From the human T2T-CHM13v2.0 reference genome, Homo sapiens, in assembly GCF_009914755.1 (NCBI RefSeq), contig NC_060930.1: a stretch of DNA of 64,000 nt; one strand, given 5' to 3'. Under the pieces are notes generated by a model, which was not told where the DNA came from, searched no databases, and saw nothing but the letters and a program-made list of their open reading frames with translations. How positions within the stretch are numbered: position 1 is the first letter of the stretch; every line of letters starts with the position of its first letter. Position numbers and translations under genes: made by a program. This document shows positions 41,813 to 56,913 of this stretch, one piece after another.

Positions 41813-42330
41813 TGATGGGGTTCAGAACATGCTACCCCAAAATATGGTACCCTGGGCATTTGCGAAAACCACAGAAGCAGGTTTTGTCTGACACACATCC
41901 CCTTCTCCCCTGAAGCAGGTCCTAAAACCCCAGAAAGGATTTCCCAGCCTTCTCCTGTAGCAAGTCACATGAGCAGTACCCCATGTGAAAGGTACCATCC
42001 TTATACATGGAAGAAAGGAGCTGAAGACTAAAAGATGCCAAGAAGAATCTGAACAAACAAGTCTTGCTAAGTTTCCCTCCATTTATTACCGCTGAGCCAT
42101 ACCTTTGTGTCCTCCTAGCAAACTTCTCTATGACTGTCCATTTTTTATCAAACCTAACCATAAAAATACACAAGATTACCTGTTCCTTTGGGTCTTCATT
42201 TCCTTATGAAGGCTCCCGTGTCACATTAAACTTAATAAATTTGTATGCTTTGCTCTTGTTCATCTTTTTGTTATAGGGTTCCCAGCCATGAACCTGAGAT
42301 GGTAAGGAAAGCTATTTCTTCTCCGCTATA
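41813..42330 (+). mobile_element. ERV1-class solo LTR (MER34/MER39-like)
   Basis: TG start (tgatggggttcagaacatgctaccccaaaatatgg), internal aagaagaatctgaacaaaca, AATAAA near 42234, 4-bp flanks ccag / ccat. Confidence 0.7.
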
Positions 42331-43873
42331 CCATTGGGGAAACAACAAACCCTCTAGTGTCCTAACAGGAGCTCTGGTAGCTGTCATTTCAGAGAAACTG
42401 TCTTGTTTCCTCTCCAAGTGACTCCTCCAGTCCCATTTATCTTTCTGACTCTCCCTGCTTCTACCTTTTCTTCTTTCTACTCTCTGCTTTCCCATATAAC
42501 ATTGGCCACCTCATGGCTTCAGCTTAACAACTCCTCTCTCCAAGTCTCGTGGTTTCTGCCACTGCTACCAACTACACCGCTCCCTGGGTGACCAGAAGAA
42601 GGATCTGAATGCTTTCACCAGTCCTCTTTTACCCCAGAATGCCTCACATAAGCAAAATCCTGTACCAGGCCACCTCATGCTGTGCATGTCTGCCTGTATG
42701 CCCAGTACCACTCCCTGGCCAAGTCTACGGTGACCAGGGTTGCAGAGTCAAACCGTACAAAACATGTACAAGAAGTGCTTTTGGCCTTTTTTCTCCCTTA
42801 GAGGGGGACTCTGAGGGGCTGTTTCTGCGAATTTGCAAGGGGGTGAATAAACCCATAATGGCTAAATTCGAGATAATGTATTCAGTGTGTTACCTGGTAA
42901 TGTTTTCACTTGTGTTGCTTCAATTCAGAGGTTTAGACAAAATAAATGGTAAGTTTTCAAACATTGCCTTTGTGATATGCTGAGAATCTCAACAAGGGAA
43001 GGAGGGAAGTAAACTAGTTCTTATGTACAGAAATATTGGGTTCCTTTGCTTCTATGTATTGTCTCTGTTTATACACAAATAAAAGTGAACAGATGTACCT
43101 GTTGTCTTAATAAACCATTTTTTATGCCAATGAGGAGCTTGTGGCATATACTGAATAATCTAGTCCTCTGCTACCAGAATTCTGTTCTTGAAATGAGTGT
43201 GATTACTTTCCTCATGCAACCCAAATTAGCACCACTCACCACCCACTGGTACCTAGGGAGGAAGCATGGCATTGAGGGGGAATTAGCTGATCAATGGAGG
43301 ACTTTTAATAAAACCTCAACTTTTGAAAATAGTGGAAATGTCAAAGGTGAAACAGTATCTAAGAGCAGGATGCTCATCCTTCCTCTTACCCCCTTGTTCC
43401 ACCTGGAGGCTGCAGTGAAGAGAAAACATGAGGCTGTTAAGCAGAGCACGACGGGGAATAGGGCAGGGGAGAACACAGGTGCACACCACATCTCCTGATT
43501 TCCCATTGCTCCCTATTATTCATCCCTCTGTCAGGCAAGGCTTTTCTCCTTATGGTTTTCTGCAGTGTCACCTACTCAACAAAACCACATTGTTAAGGCC
43601 CCACCTATACTGGGTGCTCTACTAGATGCTGACAGTAATGGTATTCATATTGTCTTAAATTATTGTTATACTAATGATGATGGCTATGATTTACTGAGAC
43701 TTCCATAGTGCCAAACAGGATTCTAAGCACTTTGCACATATCATTTATCCCCTTTTACAGATTAGGAAATAAAGTACCGTAAGACACATACCAATAAGGT
43801 ACTGAAGAGCTTCTGATCTAGAGGTGAGACAATATCCACAAGGTGATTAGTGTTTTAAATATGGCTGTGATCT

Positions 43874-44035
43874 GCTGGGTGTGGTGGCATGTGCCTATAG
43901 TTCCAGCTACTTGGGAGGCCAAGATGGGACAATTGCATGAGCCAGGGACATCGAGGCTGCAATGAGCCGTGATCATGCCACACACGATCTAGCCTGGGCA
44001 ACACAGCGAGACCCTGTTTCAAACAAGAATTAATA
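43874..44035 (+). mobile_element. Alu right-arm monomer (FRAM/AluJ)
   Basis: gctgggtgtggtggcatgtgcctatagt...gagaccctgtttc. Confidence 0.8.
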
Positions 44036-46413
44036 AATACATCTGTGACTGCCCAGATGAAGAGTGACTCACCTTGTCTTTGCTTTGGAAGAAAGAGTCA
44101 TCAAAGGGGGTCCATTGCTGGGACAGCCTTCAGAAATGTAAGTATCTCAGCATAAACTCCTGGAAGGTGGCTGCAACTGCTGTGGTGAGGTTTAGGCATC
44201 TGGGCCAGCCTCCAAAGCCAGCTCTCGGCAAATGCCACCTGGTTATGTGAAAATCAAGGCAGCCGAGCCAGTTCAGCCCCTCAAGCCTTTAGGCGGGTTA
44301 GCCAGGGCATCACCTCCCTCACAGACTGGCAAGACCCTGGGGGAGGGGAGACAGAGAAGACAAAGAGTCCACCAGAGCAAGGCAAGAGTGGGCGATACCC
44401 ATGCCAGGCACCCAAGCCAGGTGCTCTGCCTCCTGGAAGAGAGTTGGGAGAGGGTTACATGGCCCTTGGCTGGAATCCTGCTGTGGAGACTGAGGGGGAG
44501 GTGGGCAGGGGACTCCCCTTCATGGGAGCAAGAGGCTTCCCAGGGTACACGGGAATCAGAGACATGGGTGCGTGGAGGGTGAGCAGCCCTGGCTCTGAAT
44601 GTAAAGAGGAGAGGGGCTCTGGCTGGGAAATCTGTCCACCCTGTTGGCCAAATCTGAATACCCTGCTTCTCATTTAGTCATAGACATCACCCCCAAATCC
44701 TCACCCAGCCTCACTTCCTCAAATCAGAGGACTAAGGCACTGCCCATCTGTCAGCTGGTGAAACAGGATAGATTGCATCTTGGAGGTTAGCTGTGGGGGA
44801 GTGGCAAGTCAGAAATGTGTTACTGTCCCCATGCCATCTTGCTCATACTCCAGCAGGGTACAGTCTGGGAGCATGGGTCATGCTATTTTCTCTTCTTAAA
44901 ATGCCTTGTCTACTCATAAGGAACCATAAACCATCCTGTCTTCATCTTTTAATATAGAATATTGCCACTAAATGTTTGTAATACTTTATTGCATTTTCAT
45001 GATTGCAGCTCTAAATCAAATCAAATCTGGGAGCTTGTGCCACAGGCCAAATGACATTCAGCTGAAGATCAGAGATCCAGCCTTCAAACTGGTCCCTCTT
45101 TCCCTCCTCACTGTCATTTCTTTATGTTCTTTTTGCATTTGAGGCAAATGCATTTCACCCAAACCTGATGATGCGTTCTGAGAGGGATGAGAGTTTCCAT
45201 TAACTCCCTATTTCACATCCATCACTACATTTAACCTCTCATATAAAGTCTCAAGTTCTTTGCCCTAAAAATAGCTAGGGGCTGAAATGGGAATTGAAGT
45301 GAGGATTAGTGTCAGCTGTGGTTTTGAGTATCAGAAATCCACGGATGGTAAATGCCAGTCAATTCTCCTTGCTCTCCTTCTGCTTGCCTTCATATCCATC
45401 CTGCAGGGCTGCATCCAGACACCTCCCCAGTCTTCCTAACTAGGATTCATCCACATTCATGAACACTAGATAGAAAAACCTCAGTGGAGCGCTACTTACC
45501 CTTTAAAACTTTCTGGAAAATTGGTCAATTTTCCTTTGGAAATTTGACCTTGCACAAATCTTTTGGAAAATAAAATTATAGGCTTCCTGTCAACAAACCC
45601 AATACAATGTGCCTTACCAACTTTTAGTATAAATGCAAAGCTACAATGGTTTATGCTACATAGATCCTGTTGAAATGAAACTTTTAAGTTCTAGCAATTT
45701 AAAATAACACACCAAAGACTTTTGTTCATTTCTCACAAAATCTAAACACACAGACACACACATTCATACCACAAATTATTTAAAGAAGTAGAAAGAAGTG
45801 GGTTGCAATAGATTCTCTGCATTGGTATTCATGTCTTTTTATTTAAACTTAATGAGGTCATGGCAATGTGGATTTTTTTTAACTTAGTTTACTGCGACCT
45901 ACTGATATTTGATTTCTGTGTCTTCTATTTTGCCCAGCAGTAAAATTAAGCTTTTCATTTCCAGATGGTAAATGAATGGCACAGTTCTTAGTTGTGAACT
46001 TTAGCTTATGTGTTCATTTGACTAGAATAAATGAATCCAGAGAACTCCACTGTTAGTAGCCAATTAGTCATTAAACAACACAGAAACTCAAGTAAGTCAC
46101 TATAATACCAGATGGTGACCCCATTGTACATTTGCACTCTTAGCCTGGAGGTCGGCATTTGGGAAACTGCCATGCTTCTTAGTGGCATTAAGTTTCGTAG
46201 AGTTCAGAGCTAGAATGCCACATAGAGATGAATTAATCCTCTCATTTCACAGCTGAGACTATAGCTGCTGCACAGTGGGTACATAGATGCCAGCTGCCAG
46301 AAATAACTCTTCATTTTTACTTTGTTTTTAAAATCTACATCGTTTACTAATAAGGAAAAGTGAGGTACAGAAAGATTAATGCCATAAAGTGGACATTTGA
46401 AAAATTCTCAATC

Positions 46414-46757
<344 letters not shown>

Positions 46758-49700
46758 TCATCTTGGTTTTCTAACAGTCCTTAACCTCATGATTAGCCAC
46801 ATAGATGATTTAAGATCAAGATACCATCAGGCTATAATCTCACTTTTTATAGTTTTGCTATATTAATAGAGACAGGAATAAGATACATTCATGGAAGGGG
46901 ACATGCAGTTCCATTTTTTACACTGAAAAGTCATCATGTTATAGTTTTACAAATGTGCTCACACACATGCACACACGGAGTCCAGTTTGATTTAAACTCC
47001 AGTCTGGTCCCCTTCCCTTCAGAGGCTCAGGCCTGACCTAGGCTCTCTGGACCCTCTATGGAGAGGAGGACTACAGTAGAACTGGCCTCTGCTTTCACTT
47101 TTGTTCTTCTTCCCTCTTCTGGTTTTAGCTTCTCTTGGTGTGGCAGGGAGAAAGAGGACACACTGCGAAAACAGAAAGAAGTTTCACCTAACTGGGCATG
47201 TGATAGCCTCTGCAGAGAGCCCCGAGGTGACTCCCTCTCCCGCTCCCATCTGCAGTTTCCTGACCTGGGTAATCTGACTCCTCTCTTACCCCCTTAGCCT
47301 GTAGTTACTGAGGTGCCCTTGACCAGCAGACAGCCTTCTGATAGGAATACCTCAGAGGAGCTGCCAGTCGCTCATTGCCCCCAGGAGAGGGTAAGGTATC
47401 CTTCGGTTTGTTTATAAGCCCTGGTTAAACCCTTGTTTATCTGTACCCCACAGACACGGGATTGGAGCCAGTCAGTTAGTAAATCAGTCAGACTAAATAA
47501 AGACAGAGAGACAGACATGATAAAAGCCACTGGGCATCATTAAGGGCTTAACCGAATTACATGTGTGTGAGATGAATCTTGGCTTGATGATGGAACTCCC
47601 CAAGCCAGATTGCTGAGAATAAATCCAACGAGCAGGATCACAGAGGATAAATGATGCATTTTGCACAGTGCACACTCTATGAAAAAGTTGGGCTCCAAAG
47701 TTTCTTGTCAGGGTTTAGGGACCCAAGATGCATTTTTTCCCAAGCAACAAAGTTATAAATGGTGATTCAATAGCAAGGCCTCTTCGACAGAAGGCTGTTT
47801 CACCCCTAATGTGGCTGAATGACCATAGGAGCTTGAGTTCTAGGCCTAGAAGTTGGGGACCGTGTCCTTACTGGAGAGATTGAGAAGAAAGTGCTCCTCC
47901 CCTTTACTAGAGCCAAGGTCAGCTTTAATTGTTTTCCTCCACTCCAGGGGCTCTTGCACTTTGTCCTAAGCTCTTGCACTTCCCCTGGGTCAGCCCTGAC
48001 TTCTCTAGAGTTCCCAAATCATCAACTTCCTTCATTTCCTTATTCAAACCCCATTGCCTCACTAAGACTAACAGGAAACCAAACAGGATTAGTTAGTTCA
48101 AACTAACATTTGATTTTCTAGCAGCCTTTTCCTTTCTGTAAGTGCTTAGGTCTTTGTAAAAGGGTGCTTCTGTGTTTGAGATATCGCCTGGCTATAGGAG
48201 TTTGGAGGATTCAAATGGGCTACAAGACAACAATAAATCTATTATTCCCAAGTGTTGTCTCAGACTATAATTACCCTTCTGTCTCAACTGCCTCTTAGCT
48301 TCTTGGGGCAAAGCAAGCTCACTTCTGTTTTATCAGGCAATACAGCAGCATACTACCATCCACATGCCTGATGATTTCTGCCACAGAGGCAAGATGCTCC
48401 ATTTCACCACTGGGGTTAGTGTTCTCGCATGTTGATACTGACTTATGTCACAGATGTATGTTGCTTTCAGTAGTCCATCACCCTTTAACTGTCTTTGGGC
48501 AGAGCACTCATTTGGAGGAATTAGCTCTCTCCCATTGGATTATATTCCAGTGGGATTTTCAATCATGGTGCTCATTCTTTCTGCAGGCAATGGTCAGGCA
48601 AACGACTAGGGTAATTGCTATTTTCGTCCTTGAACTGAATGATGCAAAGACTGAAAATCTAGTGGAGATGTCCAGACAAGACCGTTTGGTCATTCCTGTC
48701 ACTGGGAACTTCCAGAGATGTGTGGGCCTGTCCTTTTTGAATCCATCTTTTTTTTTTTTCTATCCTTCTGTGCCCCATATCCTTCCCAAAGAATTCCTTC
48801 TTGTTGAAGGTAGCCAGAATTGTATCAATTGCTTGATACAAATAACACTAACTGATAACAGTCCTCTACTTCCTCTGTTACTCTATCTGTACTTGAACTT
48901 AGGGACAAGATCTCGAAAAGAATGACACACTTCTTATTCCACTGAGGAACCTCACTCCTACTCCAAGTCCTATCTCAGTACTCCAACCCCAAAGCCAAAC
49001 CTAGGAAGCCCTTGGAATGATTTGTTGTTTTTCTTGTTTGATTTCTAAAGGTTTGTTGGACCCTCAGTGGAGCATGGTTTGCCTTATCCCTGTGAATTAT
49101 GAGGTTGGGATCTTCCATCTCCTCCTCCCAATCTTAGAAACTACTCTCCCCGCATTCCACTCATTTCTACCAGCCATGTTTCCCCAGAATTTACTTAGCA
49201 GATTTTATTGTATTTGTCTGCAAAGCTTGGTTATACTTGTTCACCCAAATAAATCTGTCATTGGTTGAATTTCTAACAGTGTAATAAAATGAACTGAAAA
49301 ACTTCAGCCTGAGTAGGATGCTGCTTTGCATCATTTCCCAGTGAAGCAGAAGACAAAATTGTTTAGAGATGCTACAAATCTAAATAAGTTCAAGTTTCAT
49401 TAGCCTCTGTCCATAAATGTGCTTGCTAGAAGCCTGCCATTTATTCAGTATATTCACATTACTAATTATATTACCTATATATTTTGAAACTAGTGTCAAC
49501 TGCCTAGAATCCCTGGGTGAGGTTAAGGTGTTTCCTGACCGGAGTATCTTTTTGCAGTTACAGGCAAAATTCTCTCAATGAGTAGGCCAAGCATCTACAT
49601 TCAAAAATTATAATATTTATTGAGCACATACTATGTACTATGCAGTATCTGCATTTTTATGGAAATCATCTCATTTTGTCTCTAGCAGCCCTATGAATAA

Positions 49701-49986
49701 TGTCCGTCCTATTTCGCAGCTGAGGAACCAGAGAGATGACAAAACCAGCTCATGTTCAAAAAGACTGTAGAGTGAAGTCAAGAGTCAAAATCAAGCAGTC
49801 TGATGTCCTTTTCCAAGAAGGAAGGGAATGGATATTTTCATACTGAACTTCGTTGGCTTACAATAGGAGATTACCCTCTTGACCCAGGCTCTCGGTTCTT
49901 CAGCAAAATTAACTATAAAGTATAACCAAACATTTCTAAGTTTCCAAAATGAAGAGAAAATGTTTTGGGATGAGTTGAGTTGGCTA

Positions 49987-50510
49987 TGTGATAGGTGATG
50001 TCCAAAGGTGGTCCCTCAATCAACTGTGTACCCCAGTTTTCACCCCCTGGTACAGTCTCCTCCCGTTGAATCTGGGCTGGCCCTATGGCTTGCCTTTTAA
50101 CTTGCAAAAGTGACGCCTTTGTAACTTCTGAAGCTACTTTATAAGGAGTCTGGCAGTTTCTATCCGAGTCTCTTGAAAAGCTCACTCTGAGGAAGAAGTC
50201 TGAGACCGCCATACTAGGAGGAAGCCTAAACCAGTCATACAGAGAGACCACATGGAGAGAGAGAGAGAGAGAGACAGAGTGATGTAGCCAACCATCTGCT
50301 CTTCCATCCATCCCAGCTGAGGCAGATTGCAGCTGAGCTTTTAGATGACTCTAGCTTCAGATGCCATCTTACTGCAGTCACATGAGAGACCCCAAGTGAG
50401 AATTGGTTGGCTGAGCTCAGTCAAGCATGAAACCACTAGAGATAATCATCATCATTTTAAGACACTTAGTTTCGGCATAGTTCGTTACGCAGCAATAGAT
50501 ATCTGGAACA
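49987..50510 (+). mobile_element. MaLR LTR (MLT1H-like) containing (GA)n at ~50255-50279
   Basis: tgaatctgggctggccct...aagcctaaaccagtcatacagagagaccacatggagaga...ttacgcagcaatagatatctggaaca. Confidence 0.75.
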
Positions 50511-51494
50511 GATGCCGAATGGAAGACAGACTGACACATGTTGAGACTATACTTTGTGCCAGATCTGGTGCTATTTTCTTTAGATATATCATGGGGTAAA
50601 ATGATCAACATAATATGTTGGCACATTTTCTACCACATCACCTTCCCATATTGACAAGGAAAGCCCCATAATTTCCAGTTTAATTAGAACTCCCTTCTCT
50701 GCCAAACTTTATCCTCCCAAATAAACCATTGGTCTTTCTCTCTCAGAATGGTTTTTGCATACTTGTGATGCAGATTGACCATAGAAAAACAGACTCTGAG
50801 AGACTAGAATTGAAGAGAAAGGACTTCCCTAAAGAGGTAAAAATCACCTTTGTAATAAAGACAAGAAAGAGATGGAATGGATAGGTGGGGAGTGGGATGG
50901 GAGTGGCAGAAAAAGCAAGGAAGGGTGGAGAATGTTCTATGGTAGTAAGGTAGATAAGGAACTCCAGAAGCTGCTGACATGAGTGAACTTGGTGACTAAA
51001 AGCAGCAATGAGAAATATTGCAGCTGGTTATGAATTGGATTTTCTTCAGTGCTGAGAAACTTGAATAAAACTGGAATTGTTTCCCCCTGATTGGTTGCCT
51101 GAAAAGTCTGTGTTTCTCTGGGGCTGGACTAGATAGGTTGTGGCTTCAATTAGGGTTAGATGCATTATCATCTCCTGTAACCTTTCAATAATATCATGAA
51201 GCATGTCTTCTTGCCCTTGTTTTATAGATTCAGAAACTCAGGTTAAGAGAGGTTAAGTAACTTGTTTAAGGTCATACAGTAACAAGCAGTAGAGCCAATA
51301 ATTTTAACCTAGGTTTGTTGACTCCAAAGTCCATGATTTCCCACTTCACCATTCCAGAGTAACTTCCCTGACATTATAACCTTTATTCATAATATCATCC
51401 TTTCTTCTATTGCTGAACTCACTTTATCTCGCATAAAGGCAGTGTCATTGGAGGAGGGGTGAGTGGGGCAGCAATGACCCATTTATATGAATCT

Positions 51495-51791
51495 TTTTTT
51501 TTTTTTTTGAGATGGAGTTTTGCTCTGTTGCCCAGGCTGGAGTGCGGTGGCGCAACTGTGGCTCATTGTAACCTCTGCCTCCCAGTCGCAAGGTGATTCT
51601 TCTGCCTCAGCCTCCTGAGTAGTTGGGATTGCAGGCACCCACCACAACACCCAGCTAGTTTTTGTAATTTTAGTAGAGACGAGGTTTCACCATGTTGGCC
51701 AGGCTGGTCTCAAACTTTTGACCTCGAGCAATCCGCCCACCTTGGCCTACCAAAGTGCTGAGATTACAGGCATAAGCCCCTGCACCTGGCC
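51495..51791 (-). mobile_element. AluS
   Basis: Antisense dimer; TSD tatatgaatctt. Confidence 0.92.
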
Positions 51792-53173
51792 TATATGAAT
51801 CTTATATGTACCATTCCCTGAATTTCCTAACAGTTTCTACAAGCAGGTTTTAAAAATGGCACATACTAATGTCAGATGATGTAATTTCTTAAAAGTCTGT
51901 TATGTGTTCTTTATCATATTCAATTCTGTTATGATGTATTAAGTGTTAAAGCAACTCATTTGATGGCACCTACAAAGAAGATAACATCCTAAGGTTATCT
52001 TGGAATGATACCTTTTAACAATAAGAGCTGCTGCTTCTGTTTATTATAAACCCAGATTAAAAAAAACTTGACAATAAAAGATTGGGTTTTGATTCCTTCT
52101 CTCTTTTTGGTGACAGCAGTTGCTCACTAACCTTTTCCCATCAGATCCAGATCTATTTCCATTTAAAAGGGAACAAAACTGTTTAGCATTCTCCTGGCAC
52201 ATTTGTGTCAGAATGCAGGTATGCTGCACAGAAAGAGATAAAAAATCTTTTTCTGTTATGATGATAAAAATATTCATCCTGAATTTCCATGACAAAAAAG
52301 TACAACTTTACTTCTTACTGATTGTATGCATTTCCTACTTAAAATATAAAATTATGAAATCTGAAATTTGCTGCTCAAACAGTAGCATATATACAACAGC
52401 AAATCATGATTATACAGAAATGCATACCTGGTGTGTCCTCACAGTCACCTTCTGGCAGTTTCACCTCTAGCAACACAGGCCAGAAAGTAGCAGGGAATTT
52501 CACACCAGCCAATCTGACTAGGTAACAGTTCTGATTTTCTAATTAAAGATTTGGGAGAAATGCTAAAATAAGAATTGGCAGTTATCTGTGAATCTCAGCT
52601 ATTTGTGTTTTCCCCATGCCCCATCTCTGACCTTTTTAGACAGATGTCAGTATTAAAAAAAATAAATAAATAAATAACAGGAAGAAAGGTAGTACAGAGG
52701 GGGTAGGAGAAAATAGGCTTTGGTTGACCTGGCTCGAACCCTGGATCTCTCTTTTACTGGACAAGTGACTTTGGGCATTTCCTGAACATCTTTGAGGTTC
52801 TGTTTCCTCACCTGTAAAATGGAGGTAAATGTGCTTATTGTGAGCGTTCAAATGACACAATGGGTAATGCTATGTGTCTGGTACCAGCAACAGAGGAGGA
52901 GGACAAGAATTCACAGCTTGCTTCCTCTGCTACAATGGAAGCAGAAAGATGAGGCTATTAATTCCATCCTGCAGTCTTAAGGGTTGTATGTATCACTTTC
53001 TTAAATTTACTAATAAATGAGCCTCTTCAAGCACACAAAAGCCCACTAGACTTAGGACCAGAGACCAGTGTTTAATTTCAGGGTCCAGTTAGGGACTCAT
53101 TGATTTTTCTAGACATCAGTCACCCCAGGAAAGAAAATACGAACAGCAATATTCAGCTTGAAAGTACTTGTAG

Positions 53174-53910
<737 letters not shown>

Positions 53911-54024
53911 TGAAACAGTCCACTGAGGCCTGCAGTATTGTTACAATCATATTGTCCAGTCACATTTGACACAGGGCCACAACCTTCTGAGAAAAGGGTT
54001 TCATTAAAAAGAGTAAATGACTTT

Positions 54025-54130
54025 CTTTTAATTTCCAACTTTTAAGTTCGGAGTACTTATAAAGGATGTTCAGGTTTGTTACATGGGTAAACGTGTGCCA
54101 TGGTGGTTTGCTGCACAGATCATTCCATTG
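54025..54130 (-). mobile_element. Tiny L1PA 3'-end insertion
   Basis: caggtttgttacatgggtaaacgtgtgccatggtggtttgctgcacagatc, flanked by TSD aaatgactttc. Confidence 0.8.
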
Positions 54131-54344
54131 AGGAAATGACTTTCATGTGGGCACACATTTTGTGGTCATACTGTTTGCTGTTGGGAATCAGGTTTTTTTG
54201 CTCAAACTGGTAAACTTACTGAGGCTTGTTCTCTGCTTGGATGAAAGGACAGAATGAAAGATAGCTTTAATTTTATTCACCTATGTTAGGGAAGACTTTC
54301 AACCTTTTTGCTGAGTTGTAGAGTTCTGGTTCAATCTTAGAGAA

Positions 54345-54590
54345 AGGCAGCATGGTGGAGTGGGGCTTGGAGCCAAGGTGACTTGAATTTCCCACAGGCT
54401 CCATCACCTTTCAGCTGTGTGGCCTCAGGCAAGTCAATGAACCATTCTGAGCCTGTTTCTTCAACTGTAAAATAGAGATAATAACACAGCATCTTGCAGG
54501 AGTTGTGTGAAGATGAAAGCTTTAGGTACATGAAGATACAAAATACAGAAGAGTTTGGCACATGATAGGCCCTCGTAAATGTTCAGGAGT
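54345..54590 (+). mobile_element. MIR
   Basis: ggcagcatggtggag...ctgtgtggcctcaggcaagtca...ctgagcctgtttcttcaactgtaaaatagagataataac. Confidence 0.75.
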
Positions 54591-56913
54591 ATACAGAATA
54601 GTTATGTATAAATATTGTTTATGAAATTAAAAAATCAGAAGATAAATTATGCTAATGCTAACCCGCCCACATTATGGATGATTAGTTTGGATTCAGGATC
54701 AGATTTGGAACATCTTTTGAAACATATGCAGGGCAGAGAAATTAACATTTAAATGCCTGGAGAACCTTACATTTTCTCATTCCTGACTTCTGGTATAAAA
54801 TTTGCAATACAGCGTAAGTTTTTGGTATGCTCCCTTTTCTTTTGGACTTACTTACTTTTAATGAACAAACAAAACCACAGCATCATCTACAGTATTGGAA
54901 ATTACAGCTACTAGGAGATGGAGCAATAAAAATGAGCCATAAACTCTAGTTAGCAGAGGGAAGCCCAAATCCAGGAGCTGACATAGTGAAGCTTCTAAAG
55001 ACGACATAGGTGACTGATGCTGCTGCAATGTGATTAAATGGTTAAATGGTTATTTAGTCTGAAGGAAGTGGGCATCAGCCAAAAAGGAAGGATGGCATAG
55101 TTGTCTCACGCATTTGCTAAATCAAAATTAGAGAAATTATCTAGGGCATTCAGCTATTCTCTTGAGAACATAGCTATTTCTTAATTACCTAACTAGAAAA
55201 CTCATGTTCCTCTGGAGAATTCTTAAGAAACTTTACAGAGAGTTTATGTGAACTGCAGCCTCTGGGGGCAAATGCCCCAGAGTGATTCTCTCACTTGAAA
55301 TGAGTTCTCAGGTTCTGATGCAGCCAATCATCCCCTTGCAGCTTTTCCCTCCTTCCTGTCCCTTTCTACTACCACTAATCTAAGCAACTTCCCAGTTGGC
55401 CCCTGCCCCCAGCCTCTCCAATGTTACCTTCATGAAGCACAGTTCTAATCAAATCAGTCTGGCTCAGACACTTTTAGCAGCTCCACCACGCCCCACATGA
55501 CGAAGTGCAAACTCCTTCAAAGGATATTTAAGGTCTTCCACGATCTGACCTCAACTTACGTTGAAACCTCATCTCATAGGTCTCCTTTATCACAGCCCTT
55601 ATTCTTATCCTCATTACTAACCTCATGCATTCATTCAACAAACATTTTTAAAGTGCCACAAATCCAGCATCGTGATAGAGGATGAGCAAGACACAGCCTC
55701 TGCTCCAGGGAGCTCAGAGTCTGGTGATGGGTTGGACAAGCAAAAGAGTGTTACTGAATAAGGCGCCGTTATATTTATTTGCTGAACATCCAATGAATAT
55801 TTAACAAGTACCTTTGATGTGTCAGTAACACACAAGCACACAGGGCAGGGGTGTCTAACTTTTCTTAGAGTCAGTGAAAGCTTAAAAGAGGAAGTGGCAT
55901 TAACTGAATCTGGAGAGAATTTCAATCAGGGACAAAGTCCACATACAGGAAAAAAGGGCTTGAGGGAGCAAAGCACACATGATCTTGCTGAATGGTTCTT
56001 GTGGCTACAGCATGGCTGTAATATCATTTGAAGAAAACCTCTCTTCCTGGCCCTAATCCTGAGCATGTGCCCTTGATATCCCTTTAACTCAATTCATCCC
56101 TCAGGCTTGACTTGGAGGCCACTTACTCAGGGAAGTCTCTCTTGTTGGTTCAGACAATGCTAGTCCCCAGTTATTTACTCTGAGAATGTCTTCTACTTTT
56201 TCTTTCAAACACACATAATTATAAGTAAATAATTATCTAGGTAATTATTTAATGCCTATCTCTCCTTCTCTCACCATCAAACTTTTAAGGACAGAGAGGG
56301 CAGAATCATGTCTGATCAGTTCACCTTACATGCACAGTGCCAGTTATATAGTAAATGACCTAAATATTTTTGAATGACGTATACTTGTGGCCATTTTTCC
56401 TTTTTAGAGCTTCACCACATTTAGATATTGTGCAAAACATCCCAGAATCTGGAATGTACTCTAGTTCCACAGGGGCTGTTCCTCACTTTGTCTGATGGCC
56501 AATAACATGCATAAGTCTCCTTTATTCCCACCTCAACAGGAGTGTGTGCACACACAGACACACACACACTCACTTACACACAGACTCACACACTCACATC
56601 CCTCTCTTTATTTCTATATTTGCATCCAGAAGCAAATATGTGTCAAGGGGATGTTGACCTGGTTAGAAAATCCTACTCTGGCAGAATCTTAAATATTTGC
56701 TACATAAATTCATCAGTGCAAGGGCAGACTTTATACTTAGAAACGTTCAGAATTGCCTTGGTTCCAAAATTTAAAAAGGAATCCAAAATTAAAAAAAAAA
56801 AATCAAATTGTCTTAAAATGCTAAATATAGAGAATAACTATGGATACCAAGCCCCTTGATAATCTTATAGATAGCTGATCTACACTCATGGCTTCAAACA
56901 TTACTTACGTGTT

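Noticed and set aside
48371-48925. 184-aa ORF, and similarly the 150-aa ORF at 43046-43498
   Set aside because: No recognisable homology or exon structure, and composition is typical of non-coding DNA. A few such ORFs are expected by chance in 64 kb.
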